DNA of 64,000 nucleotides from Eledone cirrhosa (Eukaryota): positions 285,014,001 through 285,078,000 of the forward strand of contig OZ024743.1 in the NCBI GenBank assembly GCA_964016885.1, read 5' to 3'. Under the pieces are notes generated by a model. The model worked only from the letters and a program-made list of their open reading frames with translations, had not been told where the DNA came from and ran no database searches. This document shows positions 41,841-52,839 of this stretch, piece after piece (the first letter of the stretch is position 1; the number at the start of each line of letters is the position of its first letter). The position numbers and the translations under genes are program-made.

Positions 41841-43375
41841 CATGGAAAATAAAAAGCATAAATCTAGATCATTGAAACGTAAACAGCAACATGAACCAGA
41901 AAGGCAGGAGTCAGCCAACCGGTGCATCTGTACTGCCTGTAGTTGCAACATCTGAACTTTAACTAGTGACAGGGGATCAGATATTACTTAAGGCATAAAT
42001 GACTTAGTTTCTGAAGCACATTCTGTAAATGAACCTTTACAAGAAAATGAAAGATCAGCTACTGGAATCTTCCTATGTCCATCATGATCAAATCTGAAAC
42101 AGTTTTTTGCTGAACATCCATGTCAGCCACTTGATGGCCTACCATTTAACACTCGTTTGTATGAGAGGAAAGTTATGAATCACTCAGTCTTAAGAAAATG
42201 GCTAACATATAACAAAGAAAATAGCTGCTTATATTGTTCATAGTGCTTAGTCTTTGAGTCTCCCAGCATTTGTAATCTATCACCCTTTGTAATTGGCTTT
42301 AATGATTACAGGCGTGTTAGCCAGAGCTTAGCTTTACACAAATCTACAACACATGTCAGCAAAGCTAAGCAATATATCAGTATGGTTAATGATGGCACCT
42401 TAGATAATTCTTTTGCAGCATCACTAATTAAAAGGAAAGAAGAAGTATTGAAGCAGAGAAATATTGTCATGAGAATTATAGACATCATAAAGATGTTAAG
42501 CAAGCACTTCCTTTTCAAGGTCACAGAAATGAATTGGATTACACTCTGGATAGTGAGGTTCTGAATCATGGCAATTTTTTAGCTACAGTGCTGTTGATGG
42601 CAAAATTTCTGCAGTGCAAACAAGTCTGGACAAAAAATCAAACGATTAGAACAAGGAAAGGCTCAAAGTAAAGGCCATGGTGGACTCTTTACATACCTGA
42701 GCAAAACAACTATTAACGTGTTAATCCAAATTATGAAGAACATAATACAAGAAAGAATTGGTCATGAAGTTTCTCAAGCAATATATTATTTTATTAAGGT
42801 TGATTCAACAGAAGATAATTCATCCATCGATCAGTTTAGCATTATTATTCGGTATATGCTTAAGGGTGTTATCTGTGAACGACTACTTTCAGTTATGCCA
42901 AGTAATGATTTTACAGGACAGGGATGTCTTGGTCTATTGACTGTAACTTTACAGTATTTTAAAATTGAGCCCCAAAAAAATGTTTATCTGATAGCGCAGA
43001 TGGAGCTACAAGCTACCATGCACAGTATAATGGTTTACCAAGTAAAATCATTTATGTGGCAGATCAACATGTATGGTGCTATGCCCATGTTTTGAATTTG
43101 GTAATAACTGAAACAACAAAATGTTGTGTACCTGCAGTTTCTTTTTTCAATTTGCTCCAGAATTTAGCAACTTTTGTAAAGTCATCATACAAGAGAATGG
43201 CTGTATGAATAGTTGTTGGCAAACATCTAGGATAAGAAAAAAATGAAATGATTAAAACTAATTGGAGAGACCAGATGGTCAGGAAAATTCAATGCAGCAA
43301 TAACTATATTTGGACGTTTTGATGATGCCACTGCCAGTACTTTTGTAAGTTTATTGACATGCTTAGGTTGAATTA
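41841..43375 (+). pseudogene. hAT (Tip100/ZMYM1-like) transposase fossil
   Basis: Across frames: RKWLTYNKENSCLYC (TTF-type Zn finger), FQGH..NHGNFLA, YLSK, VDSTEDNSSIDQFSIIIRY, WCYAHVLNLV, IGETRWS. Many stops and frameshifts. Confidence 0.82.
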
Positions 43376-43434
43376 AAAACAGTCATCATCAGCACCATCA
43401 TCATTTTTATCATTATTATTCTTTAACTTTTCAG

Positions 43435-43633
43435 TCTTGTACAAGCAACCATTGCCAATCACCAAACGAAAAGTCAAGGTTTTGTTCGATTAAGGCGAGC
43501 ATCAGAGAGTGACACAATGGAAGAATGTATGGCAGGTATTAAAAATGAAAATGTACCAAATACTTCTACAGTATTTTCTGGGTCTGTAGATATCATACAA
43601 CTTTTATGTAAGGCCCAATACAAATACAACCAG
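43435..43633 (+). CDS. DCP1: DCP1-like exon carrying the MI helical motif
   Basis: cttttcag|TCTTGTACAA...TACAACCAG|gtcagt. Open frame (S)LVQATIANHQ...GSVDIIQLLCKAQYKYNQ resembles the recalled DCP1 motif VDILxMLxKAKxEY. Phase 2 in matches the previous exon; phase 0 out. Confidence 0.88.
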
Positions 43634-44789
43634 GTCAGTTTTATTAACTACTACTACTGCTACTGTTACTTTTACTATTACTGCTAATATTACTACTACT
43701 GCTTCTGCTAATACTATAAGCTTTGCAACTATTATTACTGCTAATACTATTATTATAACTACTACTGCTATTACTACTAACATTACATGTACCACTGTCT
43801 TTCTTTGTGGTTGCAAATCATGTGGCATCATACAGAAAATGGAGGATAACTTCAACACATTTAAGACCTTAAGTATGAGAGTGATGCTGAAAATCAATCA
43901 CTGCAATCATGTGACAAATGTCAAGTTATACAAAAGAACATAAATACTCTTTCCCTCCGTAGTCTTCTGCCAGTTCAGATTCCTGGACTCCACATATTGA
44001 GAATCCCAGAAATGAAGCCCATGAATATAATATATCAACATACATCTCACAACAGGATAAGAGGAAGTCAGCTCAGTAGAAGAGTCAGTATTGAGGGCAT
44101 ATCCAGAAATAGCTAAGTGACCAAGACTGGTTGGTGGGATCAGAGAATATTGCCTGTCTAGGTCAGGACTGTGCCAGGTGGAGGACAAATGTAACCACCC
44201 AAGTATGCATACACAATCCCGAGGAGGTTGTAGGAGCACTGTATTGACATACACCGTTTTGGGGGTATTTTAAAACCTGGCAGAGTCCAGGTTTGAACAC
44301 AGCAAATTTCTTCCAGAGAAGGATAGAGAGTGAGAGAATGGAAGTAAGAAAGAGATATAGGGGAAGAATTGACTCAGTATTAGACTGGTACTTTTTAGTA
44401 GCCATAAAATGAAAATGATGTGACTACTACTACTACTACTGCTGCTGCTGCTGTTGCTGCTCTGTTGCTGTTACTACCACCACCAAATTGTAATGTTATA
44501 TAGGTTTCATTTTTTTCTTTTCACTTTTACAGTTCTGTTATTTATTTTATTTATTTGTTAAAAACGATTATTATTTATTTATTAGTTTATTTTTGTTGTT
44601 GTTTAACCTTTACCTCAAACAGACATATGGTCAAAGACATTTCAGCTACGACTTCTCCCCTACACACAGACATTTTCAGGGGTGTATAGGAGGACTACAT
44701 TAAATAATGTGTCTCTTCCTTGTTTAAGATTGTAAGGTGTTATTTGTTCTCAATATATTCTCAATTCCTCTCATAACACAATTAATCAC

Positions 44790-45060
44790 AGCTACAAATG
44801 TAGGATACAAATGTAAACTAATAACTAAAGACAAAACTCAGATATACATAGGCACTTCTGCTAACTCTTTAAAAAAAAATTATTACTCACACTCTTTTAA
44901 AAACAATAAATTAGCTCATACGTCATTAACAGAAGCAGTGAACCAATGCAAATATAAAAATATCAAATATGAATTAGAATGGAGTATTATAAAATGAGCC
45001 AATGCCTATCAAGGAGAATACAGAGAATGCCAGCTGTGCTCCTATGATTTCCTCCAGACT
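44790..45060 (+). pseudogene. Penelope GIY-YIG endonuclease remnant
   Basis: VGYKCKL..IYIGTSANSLK..HSFKN..EWSII, then CQLC. Confidence 0.6.
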
Positions 45061-46396
45061 ATAATCTCAAAGGTCTCTTTATTGATTGAAAAAAGAGTTA
45101 TATACTTTTATGTATTTTCTTAAATATTATCTTATCTATTTATTCTTTGTTCTTTATCTATCTAAGTACCTTTCCTTCCATTTGACCTGCTTACTCATCT
45201 ACTCATTATAAATCTGATCCATCTATTGTTTCCGGGAGTAGAGAGTAGAGTAAATGTGCTTTTTGAAAATGTTGATAGTTGCATAACTGCCATTGGTTAG
45301 TCTGCACTATGATAATTTTGTTCTCTGAAATGATCATAAGACAATGGATTAATTAACTACTTCACCTTGTTTTTGTCTTAATCTTTCAATGCTATATATC
45401 TATATACACACACATACACTTCAGAACACGCTAAGTGGGTTTGCAATTCCAGAAGATTGATATCCTGGTCAGGAAGGATGAAGAGAAGAAGGGAAGTGGT
45501 TAGAGCAAAGTCTGGGTTATAAGACACACAGAGGTAACCAGAGGTGGAAAGACAGATGTGTTGGTGAACTTGTGTTGCAACTAACTAAATCAGAAGAGCA
45601 AAGAATATTGTAGTAGTGATAGAAGATGTAGAGGGGGGGATACTGCTGGTCTGGGAACCTTCATGTCCAGGAACAAGGAAAACTCCATTTCCTTGTCCTC
45701 TTTTTGTTTTCTTGAAATTCCAGACATGCAGAATTCCTCCACCCTGTATAACCTGGAGTATTCTCAACAGGTCTCCTCCTTATTCTTTGGTGCCAGCAAC
45801 TGTTGTCTTTGTGAACCTACATCCCTCAATAAAAGATCTAAACTGTCTTTCTACTGTCACACTTTGGGGTCTTTACTTGCTAATTTCAAATAATTAACTG
45901 TTAACATGATTCCATAAACATACCATTGTTTATGAAATCCAACAATGGCATTAATTGTAACTATACTATCATATACTGAAAGTTTTAATAATGATTTCTT
46001 TATAAAGTCTTAATAATAATGCTAGAATTCCAAACTGACACATGGAAGGCTACTTTTTCTCATCATATTGAAGATTCTATTTAATAACAATCAGCAACTA
46101 TCAATTTATCCAACAGCAGTCTACTTTAGCAGCCACTGATCCCACCACATGTTTTGAATCAGCCAATTAGAAAGAATTTTACTTAACGTCAAATGAAAAT
46201 CAACCTTTTTTTAACGGCTATGAAACTCTTTTCACTGAGAATTTCACATCTGAATGATCAGGAGTAAATTTTTTCACCCGTATGATACTTTAAGCAATGC
46301 AGTCTTGAATCAGACTTTTTCAACAAATAAATATAAGCTGTACAACACATCTTTAATGCTCATTTGCAATGTTAGTATACCCTTATATATTTATAA

Positions 46397-48130
46397 ATGG
46401 ATCCCGACACCAGAAAGGCTAACAGGTATGCCTTCAGCCTTGATGTGGTCGCTCTTTACACCTCGGTCCCGGCGCTCCCGGCCGTTGATATACTGATGGA
46501 ACACGTTCAATCTACCGACCTAAACTGCTTCGGGCTCACCCACACTGACATCCACCAGCTCCTATCCGTCGTCATTGACAAAACGTATTTCGGTTTTCTC
46601 GACCAAACATACCGACAAACCTCAGGGCTGCCCATGGGCTCAAGCCTGTCAGGTGTGCTAGTGATCTCATACATGAATGGCCTTGAGCGCAAGGCACTCA
46701 ACATATGCTACTCCAATGTCGTCGCCTTCTTCTCAAGGTATGTGGACGACATCCTCATCCTCACATCTTCCCAGGAGATGGTGAGCGGAATTTATGAGAC
46801 GTTCAACAACACGGATGAGAATATTGATTTCAGTGTTGAACACCTCAACGACGATGGGTCCCTTGCCCTCCTCGACTTCCGAATCAACATCACGGAGCAG
46901 GGAGGGATCCACACCAACTTCTACCGCAAAGCAGCCTGCAGGGACTTGTTCATCCACTACAAGTCTGCCCTCCCTAACAGTGTTAAAAGAGGGTACATCA
47001 CGAACTAGATCATGTGAATTAAAAACAGACGTAGTGATCCCGTGAGTGGTGTCACCCATACCAATCGATTCCTCAGGGTGCTGGAGACGAACGGATACCC
47101 AGCCTTGCTTACAAACAGAGTAAGAGACACCAGACGCAAGAGGCAGAGAAACACCCAAGGCAAGTGCTTCCATAAAATCCCGCTCCTGGACAAGAAAACC
47201 ACCAACGCCATCCGCAGGGCTATACAGAGAGAGGGCCTCGACATCCACCTGGCCCACTCGGGCCCCTCCCTATGGAGATGCCTCTCCAGGAAACCCGGGA
47301 AATCGACTGACGTGTGTTCCCTCAAAAACTGCCCGATGCGCCAAATGAACTGTTGCTTACGCACATACGTTGTATACAAGGTAGAATTTGACAAGTGCAA
47401 CCACTACTATATCGGTAGCACAATCCGGCCGCTACATATCCGGATCAAGGAGCACATCAACACCAGGGCCTCGTCTTTCTAGAAACACATAACCAAATGC
47501 GGAAACAAAGATGGAAGGCCCATTGTCACAGTGCTAGCGACAGAACGCAACGTCGGCATATTACGAATCAAGGAAGCACTGGATCAAACGCCTAGGACCA
47601 CAAATAAATAACCGATCCGAGAAAAGCGAGACGAGGTGGCTGGTGTAAACAAACGAGACAACAGCACACACACATACACAGTGGCATTCGAACGATTGTT
47701 GTTGTGTATATAACGCCCCCACCATGCACCGACCAACAAGCGACCAGGCAGACTATCAACACTGGCAGTAACAAAGACTGAATATAGGTAGTATAATGGA
47801 TTGACAGCTAGCACCATCCCACTCCCACAATAAAGAGGAACTGCCTCAACCTTTTCTTGACCGCACCTATTCCGCGCGCACGCGCGCTCTACAGAATATC
47901 TCAGTTACACACAAACGGCGGACAACCGAGGCCACATACCATTCCTCTCCAACAGATAACTTTCCCCATTGGAAAACTCCCCAGTTTGATGGATGCGAAA
48001 TCCGAAATATAGGACAATTAAATCTCTCCCAAGGTAACTCTATCTTGTGTTATTATTTTTATTTTTACGCTCTTTCCTACGTTCCTCTACACACTATACA
48101 TCTCTCTCTTCAACACCGGATTCTGTTACC
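46397..48130 (+). mobile_element. 5'-truncated Penelope-like element (second lineage)
   Basis: FSLDVVALYTSVP, YRQTSGLPMGS, RYVDDIL, FYRK (RT); VVYKVE..YYIGSTIRPLHIRIKEH (GIY-YIG). The 3' boundary is approximate. Confidence 0.88.
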
Positions 48131-48277
48131 CGGAGATTTACCTATCTGCATTGTTGAAGTTTCCAAAACGACCAAAAATTTTTTATTATCCCACAATGCT
48201 TCAAGCAAGCTTCAATACTCTCATAAATATATATATATATTATTCCACAATGCTTCAAGCAAACTTCAATACTCTCA

Positions 48278-48318
<41 letters not shown>

Positions 48319-48457
48319 ATGTATTGGTTGTTTACCAACACCTCAGTATGCAGGCTGGAGCACTCGACGAAGTACACAGTTTGGTTTGTTTACTCTGGAG
48401 TAATGTAAAATAAGTAAGTCAAACATGTTAAATTTGGCTTCGTTTATTATAATTTCT

Positions 48458-48510
48458 CTGCTATATATATTTCAGTAACAGCTATTATTGGCTGTGACCT
48501 CTTCAGGTAG
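48458..48510 (-). ncRNA. Minimal hammerhead motif in the inverted pLTR
   Basis: ctac-CTGAAGA-ggtcacagc..gctgttact-GAAA-tatata-TA-gcag; one mismatch in stem I. Confidence 0.7.
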
Positions 48511-51500
48511 TACAAATTAATGTAGAAAGAATAGGTAAACATGGTGTTGAAATGTGTTTTACTCTGTCAATTCATCGATATGTCCAGCTCCTGGGTGTGT
48601 TGTTGGTCCTATGAGGAACTGGAATCATATGAGCTAGAACAAATGAATTTCAGCATCAGAGGACACTCTCGTACCCATTGGTCAGTTGTCATACCACTCC
48701 CCAGCCAAAAGTCTATAGAAATTCTTTAGAGACAGGTCAGCCTGTTATAGTTGTTTTTATCAGAATGTTTAAGTCCAGTTGAACTCCTTTACCGTGGTGG
48801 TAGTGGTAGTGGTGTTAAGAGGTCAACCTTAGTAGGCTGCTGATATGATCGGAAGAATTTATGTGTGTAGACTGGCATAGTACTTAATAAGGCTCTTATT
48901 TTAGCGATGTCCAATACAGACCTAACTCATGTGAAGGTAGGCATCATGCACGCCACCCGAAAGACCTTGATCCGTTTCGGTGGGGACCTTTGGACCAGGA
49001 GTGATTGGCCAAATAACTTTGACATCACGATGGGCTCCAGCAACTCTGCGCAGGTAACGGACCTGGTTGGGCTCTTTCTGCTGAAGCAGATAAAAGAAGA
49101 AATCCCCTGCCTAGGCAGCGGATTATATCGTGATGATGCTCTCTTCACCATCTATGACCACAGCACCACTATAGTAAAGAGAATGAAGAGGTAAGTTAGA
49201 CACTTTTTTACGAATCATGGGCTCAGTATAGAATTAAACCCCAATAGAAAGGTAGTCAACTTCCTAGACACCACCCTAAACCTGAACAATGAGCAATACT
49301 ACCCCTATCACAAACCCAACGTATATGTTAACGCTAAGTCAAACCACCCTAGATCCATAATTAAGGCTGTAGTCAAGAGTGTCTCGGACAGGATCTCCAA
49401 CCTGTCCGCTAATAAGGAGATCTTCAATAACAATGCAGAATACTATAATGCAGCTCTAAATAAGGCGGACCATGGCTAAACTATATCTTACAACCCAAGG
49501 CGCCCTGATAGAGATAGCCCACCAGACCTCCTGACCCGCGGTATCCGGTGGAATCCATTAAACCCCCTGAATGCGACACCACCACATTAGTGAAAAGGAC
49601 GCGTGCGCCTAGCCATGGGAGAAAACCCAGTATGCGAGGCGATTTTGGCATGCCCGATGCCCCCAACCGCATGACACAAAACGGAATTGATGGGGGATCA
49701 TCCCAGTGTAGAACTCCCGGCGTGAGCACACACCACCCCACAGGTATGGCTGAAAAGCTAGCAAAACCCATAGCGCCCAAAGGAGCAGCAACAATGCAGG
49801 AACCAGTAGCACCCCAACAACTCCCCGACGGCCCACAGCACGCTCAGCCCACCCACATAGGAATAGACTAAAAAAAATTACATAGTACAACCCACCCTAC
49901 TCAGCGGGCCTGAAGACCAGTCTGGCCCGGTTATTCTTTAGGGCACTAGATAAATGCTTCCCGAGGGACCACAGATAGCACAAGATCTTCAATAGACACA
50001 CGATGAAGCTCTCGTATTCTACCACGTGCAACATAACCCAGCATATAGCTAGCATCAATAGGAATAGTCTTAGAAACTACACGCAGCCAGCAGCTGACTC
50101 TATAGGCACCCAGCAGAGCCATGTGGAGTGGAGGAATGGTGGACCCAGAACCCACGCTGGGCAGACCATCCCATACTACACAACGGAAACCCAACAATAG
50201 GCATTCAGGGGTTGACCACCTCCTGCAACTGCAGAACCCCCCCCCCCCCCCCACACACACACACACACATTGTGCCCCCTTAGTAATGAATGCCTAATGA
50301 AGAACTTAGTATACGGATGTAGAGTAAAAAACCCCAACTCTGAACACCTTTACATCAACGAGCTTCAAAGACAGATGGTATAAGCATCGCCATTCTTTTA
50401 ATAGGGAGGGCAAAAGGAAAAGTACGGCTCTTTCCGAACTGATCTGGAAACTCAAGCTGGACAGGACCCCGTACTCTCTGGCCTGGTCCAAAATTAGGAA
50501 AGTGCCATCTGATAGAGGGGGATCTGGCATCTGCAACCTCTGTCTGAGCGAGACCCTTGAGATACTCAGTGGTGGGAGTAGCCTAATCAATCTCAGGACC
50601 GACTTCTTTGGTACATGTAGACACCTCAGGGCCAGACCTTCCTCAAGCTATATGGATAGCAACCCAATAGGATGGGAACTTCCCTCAAGCTATAGGGACA
50701 GCAGCCCCGTCACACCGAGCCCAAGGTGACCAAAACCACCCCCTACACCCGCCTTTATCCCCACCTCCACTCCCGCCTCGATTAGCACCTATAGCAACAC
50801 ACCTACCTAGCAGCTAAAACCATGCCTCACACCACTGTGGCCAACTCTTGTCTCTCACTTCCTTAACCAGAACTCAAGTTAGCTGACACTAGATGATATA
50901 AAGAGACTAAGAACGTCAACGGAGTCCTATTCTCTGTGCAAACAGGCACCCCAAGTTTCCGACCGGCGGGCCTCAACGCCCAACCCTGGCTTGTGATCCG
51001 ATATCCTGCCTCGAACCCGACCCCCTTTGCACGCATGAGTCAGTGATAAATACCACAAGTAAATAGGACGCACTTATTACTACTACTTACCCCTCTCCCC
51101 ACCTCTAGATTCTGACACACAGGTTTTTTATTTCATTTTCATTTTAAATTTTTCTAATTTTTTTTTTTTATCTTTTTATTTTTATTGGTTGTAACACACA
51201 CGCATTTTTTGTTTGGCATCCCCCACCACGTGAAGTGGTCACAGGAGAGATGCCAGTCTACACTGTCGGCTGACCTCTTAACACCACTACCACTACCACC
51301 ACGGTAAAGGAGTTCAACTGGACTTAAATATTCTGATAAAAACAACTATAACAGGCTGACCTGTCTCTGAAGAATTTCTATAGACTTTTGGCTGGGGAGT
51401 GGTATGACAACTGACCAATGGAGTACGAGAGTGTCCTCTGACGCTGAAATTCATTTGTTCTAGCTCATATGATTCCAGTTCCTCGTAGTACTAACAACAC

Positions 51501-51586
51501 ACCCAGGAGCTGGACATATCGATGAATTGACAGAGTAGAACACATTTCAACACCATGTTTACCTTATCTTTCTACATTAATTTGTA

Positions 51587-51639
51587 CTACTTGAAGAGGT
51601 CACAGCCAATAATGCCTGTCATCGAAATATATATAGCAG
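51587..51639 (+). ncRNA. Mutated minimal hammerhead motif in the 3' pLTR
   Basis: ctac-TTGAAGA-ggtcacagc...tgtcatc-GAAA-tatata-TA-gcag; C3>U change and weakened stems. Confidence 0.6.
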
Positions 51640-51754
51640 AGAATTTATAATAAACAAAGCCAAATTTAACAAGTGTGACTTACTTATTTTATATATATAT
51701 ATATAAAATAAAGTTAAATAAAAGTCAAATGATTAAAATTTAGCTTCGTTTATT

Positions 51755-51809
51755 ACTGCTATATATATTTCAGTGACAGCCATCTTTGGCTGTGACCTCT
51801 TCAGGCAGT
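51755..51809 (-). ncRNA. Intact minimal type I hammerhead ribozyme motif in an extra inverted pLTR copy (~51705-51946)
   Basis: actgc-CTGAAGA-ggtcacagcca-aaga-tggctgtcact-GAAA-tatata-TA-gcagt. Perfect 5-bp stem I, 10-bp stem II with one C-C mismatch, AUA site. Confidence 0.85.
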
Positions 51810-51949
51810 TTGAATTAGTATGGTATAGACAAGTACATATGTTATTTAGGTGTATGATATTGTCAATACTCTGATATGCCCAGTTCCTTGTTGGGTTGTT
51901 AATTCACTGGGGAACTGGAGTCATATGACTCCAGTTCCTCAGTGAACTT

Positions 51950-52208
51950 TACAGTGTTGTTTACTTGAGTAAGACACTTTATTTCACATTGCTCCAGTTT
52001 ACTCAGCTGTAGAACTGAGATGATAGAACTGGGGTCTCTATCATTCCACTGCAAACTGGTCGTGGAGGCACGACGGAAAAAAAGCACCCAGCACTCACTG
52101 TAAATGAGGTTGGTGTTAGGAAGGGCATCCAGCTGTAGAAATCAAGCCACAATCAGTTCCCGTCCCACCCTTGCAAGCAGGGAGAAATCGGACGTAAAAT
52201 GAAATGAT
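51950..52208 (+). mobile_element. 5'-truncated SINE with RTE tail
   Basis: Matches 16190-16373 and the reverse complement of 26985-27240. Confidence 0.8.
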
Positions 52209-52228
52209 GAATGATATAGATATATATG

Positions 52229-52259
<31 letters not shown>

Positions 52260-52411
52260 TATATATATATTCATATATGTGTGTGTGTGTGTATAACTGA
52301 CCCTAACTAATAAAGACCTCAATCTGAAACCTCATTTTGTTCTTAATATACACACTATTCTATACTTTACAGTGGTGATATTGGTACCTTCCGCAGTAAA
52401 CCATGAATCTA

Positions 52412-52442
<31 letters not shown>

Positions 52443-52464
52443 GTATGTATATATATATATATAA

Positions 52465-52526
<62 letters not shown>

Positions 52527-52537
52527 TATATTTTTAG

Positions 52538-52661
52538 TCACAAGATACTAAGAAAAAGCCAGAACCAGTGTCAATGACCGATAGCAATATGGCTGCCAGT
52601 TCTAGTTTATTAATTCGACCAACACCAGTTCGTGTCTTAAATTCAGGTGTTGAAACAGAAG
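52538..52661 (+). CDS. DCP1: DCP1-like exon
   Basis: tttttag|TCACAAGAT...GAAACAGAAG|gtaagc. SQDTKKKPEPVSMTDSNMAASSSLLIRPTPVRVLNSGVETE; LIRPTPVR resembles recalled DCP1B LIKPIPVK. Phase 0 in, phase 1 out. Confidence 0.85.
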
Positions 52662-52839
52662 GTAAGCTTTCCTTTACTGTTGAGCTTAATCTCTCCTTCT
52701 CTCCATCTGTGTGTATGTATGTGTGTGTTTGTATTGTGTATTGGCTAGCTATCGTGTCCATTGGTGATTGATATACGCCTATGCTCATATACAGCTACAT
52801 AGAAATACAGATACAAGATGCAAGAATACAGAATACAGA

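Larger units (their letters stand above)
48406..51691 (+). mobile_element. Penelope-like element bounded by ~420-bp inverted pLTR copies
   Basis: FDITMGS..YRDDAL, VNFLDTTL, NHP, KLSYST, CNLCLSE. 48406-48825 is the reverse complement of 51271-51691. Confidence 0.9.

Noticed and set aside
45900-46330. Additional Penelope N-terminal remnant
   Set aside because: Only faint motif resemblance across broken frames; not supportable without an alignment.
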